Positions 1 through 7,942 of a DNA stretch of 57,626 nucleotides are shown here, piece after piece. The stretch is from a virus. Both the position numbers and the translations under genes were made by a program. Within the stretch, counting starts at the first letter, position 1. Each line of letters begins with the position of its first letter. The DNA is taken from IMG/VR virus record IMGVR_UViG_3300045988_064576, one strand, 5' to 3'. Below the pieces are notes generated by a model that did not search any database, was not told the origin of the DNA, and saw only the letters and a list, made by a program, of their open reading frames with translations.

Positions 1-119
1 AAGAAAAGAAGTTGAAAAAATGACGGATGAACAGTTAGAAAAATTTATTGATTAGCCGAAACGCTCCGACCTTGGAGCGTCAGCCGTGGGATGGTCTCCC
101 GGCTCTGATGATGGCAGAC
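1..119. repeat. Terminal direct repeat: assembly overlap of a circular (or terminally redundant) genome with a 57,507-bp unit
   Basis: Bases 1-119 read identically to 57508-57626. Confidence 0.95.
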
Positions 120-125
120 TAAAAA
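46..125 (+). ncRNA. Candidate hammerhead self-cleaving ribozyme, type II topology (second partial copy at 57553-57626 is the assembly overlap)
   Basis: GAAAC (58-62); 7-bp hairpin ACGCTCC/GGAGCGT (61-80); GUC with predicted cleavage after C81; stem I hairpin AGCCG..CGGCT (82-104); CUGAUGA (105-111). Stem II (46-57 with 113-122) is imperfect and has an extra U after A9. Confidence 0.65.
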
Positions 126-154
126 AGGCGGCACGCCTACCAAGCATAGCCGCC
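120..154 (-). terminator. Rho-independent terminator candidate for minus-strand transcripts
   Basis: GGCGGC (127-132) / GCCGCC (149-154) hairpin, followed on the minus strand by T6 (plus-strand A-run 121-126). Confidence 0.5.
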
Positions 155-233
155 ACCAATCAAAAAAAGAAAGGTAGCTATATTATAGCACAGGTGAAAA
201 GAAATGAGAAGAACAAACAGCAAGGGAGATTTT

Positions 234-292
234 AGCAAGTAAATAATTGGCAAGGTTGGCACGCTTCCGGGGTTCGATTCCCCGGCTTGCTT
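234..292 (+). ncRNA. tRNA-like acceptor/T-arm mimic (not a full tRNA)
   Basis: 7-bp acceptor-like helix AGCAAGT (234-240) / GCTTGCT (285-291). Canonical T arm CGGGG-TTCGATT-CCCCG (268-284). Only 27 nt lie where the D and anticodon arms should be. Confidence 0.4.
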
Positions 293-332
293 TTACCCGG
301 AAGGGAATAAATAAAAGAGAGGTAAAAACATT

Positions 333-506
333 ATGAACAGATTAGAAGAAGCGAAAAAGGCATTTTTAGAAGTTAGAAGCATTTTGACAGAAAAACATGA
401 AGACTTTGCGCTTGCAAAAGCATATAAAAAGCCTTGGAAGTGGTACAGGGAACACACAACACAAGAAGCTATTGAGATTTTAAGAGCAGAAGTAAAAGCA
501 AATTAA
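333..506 (+). CDS. Hypothetical small protein (57 aa)
   Basis: ATG preceded by AGAGAGG; MNRLEEAKKAF...AEVKAN; followed directly by a strong terminator. Confidence 0.55.
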   Translation: MNRLEEAKKAFLEVRSILTEKHEDFALAKAYKKPWKWYREHTTQEAIEILRAEVKAN

Positions 507-551
507 CCGCCGCAGAGGATGCACGCCGGAGCGATACCGGCGGCGGTTTTT
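507..551 (+). terminator. Rho-independent terminator
   Basis: CCGCCGC (507-513) / GCGGCGG (540-546) stem followed by a T-run. Confidence 0.7.
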
Positions 552-595
552 CGCTCTTTTTGGGCGTATTATATTAAGATAAAGGGGGCTTTATT

Positions 596-763
596 ATGAA
601 ATGCGATAAATTGCTACAGGAAGCAAACAAGCAATACAAGGATATTATAGCATCCTTGGATGCTTTGAAACGCGGAGAAATAAGCGGAAGCAAAGCAAAC
701 GCGGACATCATGCGCGCATTTGATCGGGTTGATGAATCAATAAAAGAATATGAAAAGCAATAG
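596..763 (+). CDS. Hypothetical small helical protein (55 aa)
   Basis: RBS AAAGGGGG upstream of ATG 596; MKCDKLLQEANKQ...EYEKQ; terminator follows. Confidence 0.55.
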   Translation: MKCDKLLQEANKQYKDIIASLDALKRGEISGSKANADIMRAFDRVDESIKEYEKQ

Positions 764-786
764 CCGGGATTTTTTCGGCTTCTTTT
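762..786 (+). terminator. Rho-independent terminator
   Basis: AGCCG (762-766) / CGGCT (776-780) hairpin followed by TCTTTT. Confidence 0.65.
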
Positions 787-968
787 CGTACCTTGACAAT
801 TTGACGATATAGGCATATTATAGCCTTAATTATATCCATAAGTGTATTTATATGCCTTGTATGGTTCGCGTGGCTCTGTGGGCGTTCTACGCGTTCACAG
901 GTGCAAATATTCGCTTGTTATAGCCTTTAATTTGTGCGCTTTGAAATTCTGCAACCACGCCCGGACAA

Positions 969-1176
969 GATCAGCAAGACAGACACCCGGAGAAGTGCGC
1001 CCGGATTCCATCGCCGGAGCATGTCGGAAGATCAGGACACCCAAACCGGCGCAGCGGTATATCTGGAATTTTTGCAATATGCCAGCGATCCGCAAAAGAT
1101 CAGCGCAAACGATCAGCACGAGCCCGGACAGGCCCCGGAATAAATCGCCCAAGATCAGCCGACCGGTGGAGATCAA
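969..1176 (+). repeat. Iteron-like cluster (aAGATCAGC) in a locally GC-rich island
   Basis: GATCAG at 969, 1030, 1098, 1111 and 1153, each in an (A)AGATCAG(C/G) context; extra GATC at 1087 and 1171. Confidence 0.6.
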
Positions 1177-1260
1177 AAAACAGGCATTGAAATTGTGAAA
1201 TCGTGAAATTTCCGACCAAAATCTGTGAAAAAATTTTTTGATGGTCGTGGGAATATTTAA

Positions 1261-1375
1261 GAAACATAGGGGCGTTCAAATTCTGCCAGGGTAAAATTTA
1301 GAAAATCAAAAATTTTTTGAAAAAATTCTGAAAATTATTTTTCTTTAGTCACTGTAATTTCAAGAAACATAGGGG
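1261..1375 (+). repeat. Two direct copies of AAGAAACATAGGGG 101 bp apart, in an AT-rich tract
   Basis: Copies at 1261-1274 and 1362-1375, each followed by AAATTCT. GAAAAAATTTTTTGA-type palindromes lie between them. Confidence 0.6.
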
Positions 1376-1379
1376 GATA

Positions 1380-1535
1380 TTAAATTCTCGTAGACCCATC
1401 TGACACATTTTGAAATCCAAATATCAAAGATTTTGCAGAATAATCGCATTTCCCCAACTCTTCTATCAACTTATCGCGTGTCATTTCCGGGTTTGTTCGG
1501 CGAACATATTTAAGCATTTCATCTATTTTATCCAT
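1380..1535 (-). CDS. Hypothetical protein (51 aa)
   Basis: ATG 1535 overlaps the stop of the upstream gene by 8 nt; MDKIDEMLKYVRR... Confidence 0.45.
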   Translation of the reverse strand: MDKIDEMLKYVRRTNPEMTRDKLIEELGKCDYSAKSLIFGFQNVSDGSTRI

Positions 1536-1854
1536 ATCTTTTCTCCAATACGTTTTGTAAAATATCATCGGCAAGGTATATAATATCTCTACCATAAAGC
1601 GACATAAAATCAGCGATTATCTCTTCTGTCGGCATATCAATATGGCAATCATAAGAAAACGAATAGCAATGCACTAATTCATGGCATAGTACCTTGTTTG
1701 TCATATAATCAGACATACCTCTTGCAATGCTAACCGTCTTGGCATTGTTGTCGGTAACGCCTAACGTATATACGCCATCCGACCGGCGCAATTCTTCACT
1801 ATTTGGACGCACAAATTGCAATATCCAATTTTCTTCATTGATTGTAAATACCAT
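1528..1854 (-). CDS. Putative zinc metallopeptidase (HExxH)
   Basis: ORF track 108 aa; motif LCHELVHC, resembling ImmA/IrrE- or SprT-type small peptidases (from memory). Confidence 0.55.
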   Translation of the reverse strand: MVFTINEENWILQFVRPNSEELRRSDGVYTLGVTDNNAKTVSIARGMSDYMTNKVLCHELVHCYSFSYDCHIDMPTEEIIADFMSLYGRDIIYLADDILQNVLEKRYG

Positions 1855-1907
1855 GTTTATACCTCAAATAAGGCTATGAGCGTTGCACCCATAGCCTGTT
1901 GTGTAAA

Positions 1908-2555
1908 TTACATCTTGCTTACAAGTGTCGTAAGTTTTGACTTCGCCATGTTCATTTCTTCTTGCGACATACCGGACATCAAATCTGTAATGTCTGCCGA
2001 AAGCTCCTTCATGTACTTTTCAAGTTCACGCATCTTTGCTTCCTTGTCCTGTGGTGTATTTGCACGGTGAATTTCCTTTGTTTCCGTGTAATTACGCTTT
2101 GCACGGTCGTAATTGCTTTCGTTCATTTTTGCATCGTGCATACCGGTCCCACGACCATCAATACCTGTTTCGGTAAAGTACATACGATCTCTCGTGTATC
2201 TATCCATATCTCGATACATCTCTGGTGTCATGTGGTAATAAGGTTCACTATATCCACGCTGATACGTTCCGTGTCCTTTTGGCGCAAATCTGCCATCGGC
2301 ATATCTATAGTGATCATAGAATCTGCGTTCCGGATAATCTTCGTACTGTTCAAGCATACGCATAATATCCTCATTATCTTCCGACTTCTTCATTGCTTCA
2401 ACAATTTTGTAGTCTTTGTCATAGCAGACAATGTTCTTTGCAATCTCCGTCCAATCCTTTAAGTCGTCAAGGCTTTGACCGCTGAAATTGTCAAGACCGA
2501 TAGATTCAGCGTTCGTTTTTACGCATTCCATAATTTTCTTTGCAAACTCATGCAT
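1908..2555 (-). CDS. Hypothetical protein, Y/R/D-rich centre
   Basis: ORF track 218 aa. Start moved to ATG 2555 (MHEFAKK), 8 nt after GGAGGTG. Confidence 0.55.
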   Translation of the reverse strand: MHEFAKKIMECVKTNAESIGLDNFSGQSLDDLKDWTEIAKNIVCYDKDYKIVEAMKKSEDNEDIMRMLEQYEDYPERRFYDHYRYADGRFAPKGHGTYQRGYSEPYYHMTPEMYRDMDRYTRDRMYFTETGIDGRGTGMHDAKMNESNYDRAKRNYTETKEIHRANTPQDKEAKMRELEKYMKELSADITDLMSGMSQEEMNMAKSKLTTLVSKM

Positions 2556-2567
2556 ACAGATCACCTC

Positions 2568-2990
2568 CTACGCTTCACGAACAACAATCAAATTACTGTT
2601 CTGAACCTCAATAGCCTGTGTAGATGTATTTTGCACCGCTACTGTACTGCAACATCCGCAAGGTACGTCGATATATGCTTGCGCTGATACGTTGAACAGA
2701 TTTTCAACCGCTGCCGGTGTTACAACCATTCTTGTTGATTGTAAAGGCTCGCCATCTACCGCAAGTGCAAGCGAAATAGCTTCTACCGTACCGCCTGTTG
2801 GGATTTGAATGTTTCCGGAATACGATGCAAGGAATCTTGCTCTGCATTGATTTGTGATTCCTCTCAACTTGACAATACCACTTCCCTGTCTGTGAACAAT
2901 GCACTTGCTACCACATACAGGTGTTTCTGTCAAAGCGACATCTTCTCCGGCTGCAACAGTTTGTAATGCAATTCCTGTAAATTCTGCCAT
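2568..2990 (-). CDS. Putative C1q/TNF-like (BclA C-terminal-like) beta-sandwich protein
   Basis: 140 aa; alternating beta pattern ...GSGIVKLRG...ISLALAVDGEPL...VAVQNTS..IEVQNSNLIVV and a CGCC motif. Fold assigned by resemblance only. Confidence 0.45.
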   Translation of the reverse strand: MAEFTGIALQTVAAGEDVALTETPVCGSKCIVHRQGSGIVKLRGITNQCRARFLASYSGNIQIPTGGTVEAISLALAVDGEPLQSTRMVVTPAAVENLFNVSAQAYIDVPCGCCSTVAVQNTSTQAIEVQNSNLIVVREA

Positions 2991-3004
2991 AATAATATTC
3001 CTCC

Positions 3005-3217
3005 TTACTTCAATTCGCTTATTGATTTTGGAACGTTGGTTTCAGAATCACCCTTACCTGATTTAAGGGTTTCAACCAAGGTTTCCATATAGTCTTTTTT
3101 TGAAAGCTTATCCATCGTTTCTGTGATTTCAGAAACAGTTTTAAGCTCATTTACACTAAGTTTCTCGAAATCAATCTTCTTGATTGCTTCGATAAATTTC
3201 TCTTTGATTTCGTCCAT
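3005..3217 (-). CDS. Hypothetical small acidic protein (70 aa)
   Basis: Start set to ATG 3217 (MDEIKEKF) after GGAAGG. Confidence 0.5.
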   Translation of the reverse strand: MDEIKEKFIEAIKKIDFEKLSVNELKTVSEITETMDKLSKKDYMETLVETLKSGKGDSETNVPKSISELK

Positions 3218-3344
3218 GTTGTTATACCTTCCTATCCATAAAATAAGGGCAAACATTATAGTCTGCCCTTGGGTTATAAGTAATACTGCATAGCAGACAT
3301 AATCGAATTAAACTCAATTAAGATACTCAATTATTTTGTTGTGA

Positions 3345-4124
3345 TTAGCATCCGCAACTCTGATTACATCCGCATCCATAAGCGTAAGCATTTGGATTTG
3401 GAACGACATATGCCGGGACTGCAGTCGGATTTACAGAATTGACGATCTGCTGTGTCTGTGCCGTCATTGCAGTAGTCAGAAGTGCATTCTGTCTGTCCTG
3501 TGAAGCAGAAAGTTCAAGCTTCTGTACCTTATCTCTCAAATCCGCATTTTCTTTTGCACATAAGTAGTCAAGAATTGCTCTTGTTCCTGCTTGCTGGCTG
3601 TCGATGATGTCTCTTGTGTTGCTATTTATTGTGTTCTGCAATGCGCAAGTGTTGGTTGCCATATTGTAGTTAACGCCCTGAATAGCTTCACGAGTTTCAC
3701 AGCAGCAGTTTGCAAGCTGTGCCTGCAATGCATTTGTGTTCTGCATATTTGCGATTGTGTCAGCGTTAATTGCCTGCTGGATGCCATAGCCTGTCTGCAT
3801 GATATTGGTGTTGATTCCGTTAAATCCTGTAAGCATACTGTTGTTTACAGCGTAGAATCCATCACACAGACCGTTTGTGATACCGTCAAGTTTGCTGATA
3901 ACAGCCTGATTGTCGAATCCACGCTGAATTGCGCTGTCTGTATAAGCGGCGGCTGTAGAACCCATTCCATTTCCATTTCCCCATCCGTTGTTGCCAAAAC
4001 CGCCCCAACCGAAGATAAGAAGAATGACAATCCACCATGCGCCATTGCCCCACATACCATCATTGTCTCTGTTGTTGCCTGTTACTGCCGCAATGTCGGC
4101 AAGGCTTACTCCGTTACTAAACAT
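3345..4124 (-). CDS. Membrane-anchored G/N/W-rich, Cys-rich protein of unknown function
   Basis: 259 aa; GNGAWWIVILLIFGWGGFGNNGWGNGNG transmembrane/low-complexity N-terminus; CCC motif; C-terminal YGCGCNQSCGC; RBS GGAGG. Confidence 0.6.
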   Translation of the reverse strand: MFSNGVSLADIAAVTGNNRDNDGMWGNGAWWIVILLIFGWGGFGNNGWGNGNGMGSTAAAYTDSAIQRGFDNQAVISKLDGITNGLCDGFYAVNNSMLTGFNGINTNIMQTGYGIQQAINADTIANMQNTNALQAQLANCCCETREAIQGVNYNMATNTCALQNTINSNTRDIIDSQQAGTRAILDYLCAKENADLRDKVQKLELSASQDRQNALLTTAMTAQTQQIVNSVNPTAVPAYVVPNPNAYAYGCGCNQSCGC

Positions 4125-4177
4125 ATTAGTTTACCTCCATTTGTTTATTTACAAATAGGGAACCTTGGTTTTTACTC

Positions 4178-4187
4178 TGTCCGGACA
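4178..4187. promoter_or_regulatory. Palindrome TGTCCGGACA, copy 1 of 3, in a gene leader
   Basis: Minus-sense context GGGTTTTGTCCGGACAGAGTAAAAACCAAGGTTCCC, about 55 nt upstream of ATG 4124. Confidence 0.5.
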
Positions 4188-4208
4188 AAACCCTAATATG
4201 TACTAGAT

Positions 4209-4439
4209 TTATCTAAACATTTGATTTATGTCGTTCATGCTGATTCCATTTTCGCCCATAAAGTTATTAAGCGTTTGCTCCACTCCAGCCATATTGCCGG
4301 ATTGAATATTTTGCAAAATGCTACTTGCCATCTGGTTTCCTTGACTTGCCGCATTTTGAAGGCTTTGCATAGCCGCCTGTTGCGGATTTTTGATTGCTTT
4401 TAATTTATTTATTGCCTGCATAATTCCTTGATTCATCAT
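4209..4439 (-). CDS. Hypothetical Q/N-rich helical protein
   Basis: ORF track 76 aa, tightly packed in the operon. Confidence 0.5.
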   Translation of the reverse strand: MMNQGIMQAINKLKAIKNPQQAAMQSLQNAASQGNQMASSILQNIQSGNMAGVEQTLNNFMGENGISMNDINQMFR

Positions 4440-4489
4440 AAAACCACCATCCTATTACTTTTTATGACTAATCTATGACTAAACTTGGA

Positions 4490-4975
4490 CTAATCTTGAC
4501 TAACTTTTGTTCTTGCATTAGTCTTAGTCAAAGATTTCTCGTCAATTTTCTTTTCAAGTTCTTCCATCTTCGAAAACAATGTGTCAAAGTGCTTGTTAAA
4601 TATCTCTGTGGCTTCGTCTGATAGCCCTATTTTCAATTTTTCTGTATCTTGTGATAACTTGTTAGGGTTATCATTTTGAATCGGTTTAAAAACCATTGTA
4701 GAGATTGTTCCATCTGCGCTCCATTGCTTCGCGTAAATCTCCGACAAGTCACTCTTTGGGAAAAATGCAACGCTTCCATTCATCGGAACATCATTGGCAA
4801 CGATAGAATCTTGTGACTGCACGACTTTACCGAATATTCCCTGTTGAATCTGCTCCGGCTGTTGCTGTTGCTGGAATCTCTGAATGTTCTGCATAGGGTT
4901 ATACGCCTGTTGATATTGTTGATACTGTGGCGCATAACTATTCACCTGTGGCATCTGATACGGATTCATCTGCAT
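4490..4975 (-). CDS. Hypothetical protein with Q/Y/P-rich low-complexity N-terminus
   Basis: 161 aa; MQMNPYQMPQVNSYAPQYQQYQQAYNPMQNIQRFQQQQQPEQ, then a globular part. Confidence 0.55.
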   Translation of the reverse strand: MQMNPYQMPQVNSYAPQYQQYQQAYNPMQNIQRFQQQQQPEQIQQGIFGKVVQSQDSIVANDVPMNGSVAFFPKSDLSEIYAKQWSADGTISTMVFKPIQNDNPNKLSQDTEKLKIGLSDEATEIFNKHFDTLFSKMEELEKKIDEKSLTKTNARTKVSQD

Positions 4976-5099
4976 TTTGCTTTTCCTCCTCGTCCATAAT
5001 GTTTTCGATCGCGTGAACGACCGCCGATTGTGTATTTAAGTCCAGCGTCATAATTGCTGGATGCGAAAATATTTTGGTTAAAATCTCGTCTGTAAACAT
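4938..5099 (-). CDS. Hypothetical protein (53 aa)
   Basis: ATG 5099 after AAGGAG; MFTDEILTKIFSHPAIM...; overlaps the next gene start in another frame. Confidence 0.35.
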   Translation of the reverse strand: MFTDEILTKIFSHPAIMTLDLNTQSAVVHAIENIMDEEEKQNADESVSDATGE

Positions 5100-5264
5100 A
5101 AAGCCTCACTCCTTTATGATTTAATTTTTGCATAAAAAAAGACGCTTAAAGCGACAAATATATGACACTTTAGCGACATCGAAATAAATTATTATATTAA
5201 AAAGTGTAGTAAATACGGCGTATCAGAACGTACTATATGCCATACCCACGGCGTATAGTAGGTG

Positions 5265-6629
5265 CTAAAAATTCTTTAATTGAATTTCCACATTTCCGTT
5301 GACTATAATTATCTTGTCTATTATAGTCTTTAATATCTTGTTTTTAGCTGGCTTGTCGATGTCGTCCCAAACATCGGCAAGTTTTTTAATATTCTCGTAA
5401 ACAAATTGCTTTTTCGGATTGTTGTCTCCGGACTTTTGTTCTTCCTTGATTGAATCGTCGAGGTTTTTTACTTTTGATTCCTGATCTTTTATCATATCTA
5501 AGACTGTATCGTTTCCGTCGGCGTATAATTCATACAGCCGTTTCAATTTTGATTTTTCCTTATCTAACTGCGACTGCATTATGTCTATCTTGTTTTCTTT
5601 TTCTTTTGGCTTATATTTTGACAGATTTACAGATATTTTCAGCATTTCCGATTCAACAATATTCTCGATATTATCCGCCCATTCTATAGAGTTATCGCAA
5701 TCGTTGTTAAAGTTCGGAAGATAGTACAAATCCTTATTCCGTGAGCAGCAATAAATCTTTCTAACTCCATTCGTCCATTTTTGATAACGCATCTTGCAAC
5801 CGCAAACTCCACAATAGCACAGACCTGTAAGCATATTGGGAGTAAGGTTTTGGCAATAAGATTTTTTGCTTCTTCTTGATTTTCTTATTTGCTGTGCCAT
5901 CTCAAACTTATCTTTATCAAAAATAGGTTCGTGAAGTCCTTGGTATATGTTCCCTTTATACGGAATCATCCCTATGTTTACAACACCTGTCAATATGCTT
6001 CTTACAACCAATTCGCTTGTATATCCTAAAATTCTTTGAATCGCTACATCGGAATTTCCGGCGATAAACAAATCAATAGCCTTGTTCGCTTGTTCTGCTC
6101 GTTCCGGAATTGGTATCAATATGCCTTTTTCTTTGCTGTATGTATAACAATAAGGCGTATTCCCTCCACCCATCCAATACCCTTGTTTGACACGTTCCAG
6201 CATTCCTCCACGCATACGAAGCATCATAGTATTCTTATCAAGCTGTGCAAATACAGCCATCATTTGAGTATATGCCTGCTCCATCGGACTGTCATAAGAT
6301 ATTGAATCGTGAACGCACTTAAATTGCACGTTGTTGGGTTGAAAAACTCTTTCAATCATGTATATTCCGTCAACCATACTTCTTGACAATCTATCAAGTT
6401 TGAATGCGACAACACATTTCACACGTTTTCTGCCGCAATCGTTTATTAGCCTTTGCAACTCCGGTCTATTCATATTAGCACCGGTATATCCGTCATCAAT
6501 GTACCAATCAGAAATAATCAATTCGTTTTTTCTACAATACAATTCTATGTCTCGCTTTTGGCTTTCAAGTCCGTTTCCTTCTTCTGCCTGTTTTTCTGTC
6601 GAGACACGCATGTATGCAACACATTCCAT
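5265..6629 (-). CDS. Large serine recombinase (integrase)
   Basis: 454 aa; N-terminal resolvase motif YMRVSTEKQ and DRLSRS; Cys-rich zinc-ribbon CYCGVCGCKM..IYCCS; coiled-coil C-terminus. Confidence 0.9.
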   Translation of the reverse strand: MECVAYMRVSTEKQAEEGNGLESQKRDIELYCRKNELIISDWYIDDGYTGANMNRPELQRLINDCGRKRVKCVVAFKLDRLSRSMVDGIYMIERVFQPNNVQFKCVHDSISYDSPMEQAYTQMMAVFAQLDKNTMMLRMRGGMLERVKQGYWMGGGNTPYCYTYSKEKGILIPIPERAEQANKAIDLFIAGNSDVAIQRILGYTSELVVRSILTGVVNIGMIPYKGNIYQGLHEPIFDKDKFEMAQQIRKSRRSKKSYCQNLTPNMLTGLCYCGVCGCKMRYQKWTNGVRKIYCCSRNKDLYYLPNFNNDCDNSIEWADNIENIVESEMLKISVNLSKYKPKEKENKIDIMQSQLDKEKSKLKRLYELYADGNDTVLDMIKDQESKVKNLDDSIKEEQKSGDNNPKKQFVYENIKKLADVWDDIDKPAKNKILKTIIDKIIIVNGNVEIQLKNF

Positions 6630-6693
6630 TTTTTATACCTCCTATCAAAAATGTGCCGCATTACTACACTTGCGACACATTTTAGTTCATTCT

Positions 6694-6795
6694 TTATTTA
6701 CTGTCAATCGCTTCTGCAATCATCCTTAACACTTCATCTGGCAATTCAATATTTTCAACATCAATCTCCTTACCCTCGATGGTTACTATAACCAT
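6694..6795 (-). CDS. Hypothetical peptide (33 aa)
   Basis: ATG overlaps the TAG of the upstream gene; MVIVTIEGKEIDVENIELPDEV... Confidence 0.3.
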   Translation of the reverse strand: MVIVTIEGKEIDVENIELPDEVLRMIAEAIDSK

Positions 6796-7007
6796 TTATC
6801 ACCATCTCCTTCAACACGAGATATCTTGTCTCGTATGCAACTAATTTTCCTGTTTACTGTCCTGTCGCATATAGACATCCTATATGCTATTTCCGATATT
6901 GTGCTTCCCCGGCACAGCATTCTAAAAATCTGTTCTTCTTCATCCGTAAAGTTTGCTTTAGCAAGAATCCCCTCAATTTCTGGCTTAGTAAGTCTTGAAA
7001 ACTTCAT
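6786..7007 (-). CDS. Small sigma-70 region-4 / LuxR-type HTH regulator
   Basis: Start set to ATG 7007 after AAGGAGA; EEQIFRMLCRGSTISEIAYRMSICDRTVNRKISCIRDKI. Confidence 0.6.
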   Translation of the reverse strand: MKFSRLTKPEIEGILAKANFTDEEEQIFRMLCRGSTISEIAYRMSICDRTVNRKISCIRDKISRVEGDGDKWL

Positions 7008-7023
7008 AAGCCATTTCTCCTTT

Positions 7024-7608
7024 TTATTTGATAAACAATCTGTTATTGCTCTTAGACATTTTTTCTCTGTTCGTTTTCTTTGCTTTTTCACAATTCATCT
7101 GATAGTGCTTCTCGCAAACCTTGTACCCCGGCTTTACAGGAACCCCACACCAATAGCACAATCCCATTTTCACTCGATCTTTTCCATTTTCTGAAACCGG
7201 CGTTCCTGTTCTGTTTTTTTCTAGGCAACTCTCACATGCACTAGTGTTTTTCGTCATTTTTCTACCACATCTAGGGCAAACTCCGGCGCTTTGTTTGACT
7301 TTATACCTTATTCTTGCATATTCGTTTCTTTTGTCTTTATCTTCCTGCGTTTCTCGTTCTCTTTCTCTTGCCTTTGATTCTGCGTCCTTTGCCCTACATT
7401 CAACGCATGTTTTTTCTTGCCCCATGAGCTTATTTTTTTTACATCGAGGGCAATATCCATGATTTCTATACCAATTTCGTGTCTCCGTTTGATTTATAAC
7501 GTCTTTTTTCGCACATTCAGAACACGTAGATTTTCCCGTCCGATCATTGATTTTGCCACATTGACCGCATCTTCCCTCTGCAATATTTTTGTGATATGTA
7601 CTACTCAT
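7024..7608 (-). CDS. Protein with four CxxC..CxxC zinc-ribbon repeats
   Basis: CGQC..CSEC, CPRC..CVEC, CPRC..CESC, CYWC..CEKH. Start uncertain: ATG 7608, TTG 7626, or ATT 7650 placed 7 nt after GGAGG. Confidence 0.6.
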   Translation of the reverse strand: MSSTYHKNIAEGRCGQCGKINDRTGKSTCSECAKKDVINQTETRNWYRNHGYCPRCKKNKLMGQEKTCVECRAKDAESKARERERETQEDKDKRNEYARIRYKVKQSAGVCPRCGRKMTKNTSACESCLEKNRTGTPVSENGKDRVKMGLCYWCGVPVKPGYKVCEKHYQMNCEKAKKTNREKMSKSNNRLFIK

Positions 7609-7637
7609 AGTTTTAAAGGATAGCAAATCGCGATTTA

Positions 7638-7647
7638 TGTCCGGACA
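7638..7647. promoter_or_regulatory. Palindrome TGTCCGGACA, copy 2 of 3
   Basis: Minus-sense context GGAGGCAGATAGATTTGTCCGGACATAAATCGCG, immediately upstream of the zinc-ribbon gene. Confidence 0.5.
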
Positions 7648-7675
7648 AATCTATCTGCCTCCTTTCTCTGAATTT

Positions 7676-7912
7676 TTACTCTTTCTTCCGCATAACCAAT
7701 TCATAATCGGAATCCGGGTATGTGATTGAATACTCTGTGCGCTTTCCGTGTTCATTTTCCATGTTACCAATAAACCATTCATATACAGCAGCTATAACAT
7801 CATCTGTAACATCTGTTTTATCGCCAACCCACATCTGTTTTTCTGTGTCTTGCGTTCCATAAAAAATTTTGTTTGTGATTGGGCTTACTCCAAATCCTTT
7901 TTTTCTCGCCAT
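7676..7912 (-). CDS. Hypothetical protein
   Basis: Start set to ATG 7912 (MARKKGFG). Confidence 0.5.
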   Translation of the reverse strand: MARKKGFGVSPITNKIFYGTQDTEKQMWVGDKTDVTDDVIAAVYEWFIGNMENEHGKRTEYSITYPDSDYELVMRKKE

Positions 7913-7942
7913 CTTCAAACCTTCTTTCTTCATCCATAAATA

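Noticed and set aside
219-292. A genuine 74-nt tRNA or the 3' domain of a tmRNA
   Set aside because: Only the acceptor-like helix and T arm can be formed, with no D or anticodon arm. There is no tmRNA-type 5' GGGG acceptor partner, tag frame or pseudoknots.
574-816. 80-aa minus-strand ORF
   Set aside because: It is antisense to a plus-strand gene that has an RBS and terminator. It has no RBS, and its composition is consistent with a shadow ORF.
842-1198. Three mutually overlapping ORFs (118, 93 and 69 aa) in the GC-rich island
   Set aside because: They have no SD sequences, occupy different frames and strands over the same DNA, and their peptide repeats simply mirror the GATCAGC iterons.
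5100-5264. attP core next to the integrase (direct repeats ACGGCGTAT x2 and GCGAC motifs)
   Set aside because: There is no imperfect dyad around a central dinucleotide as expected for large serine integrase attP. It cannot be supported without the host attB.
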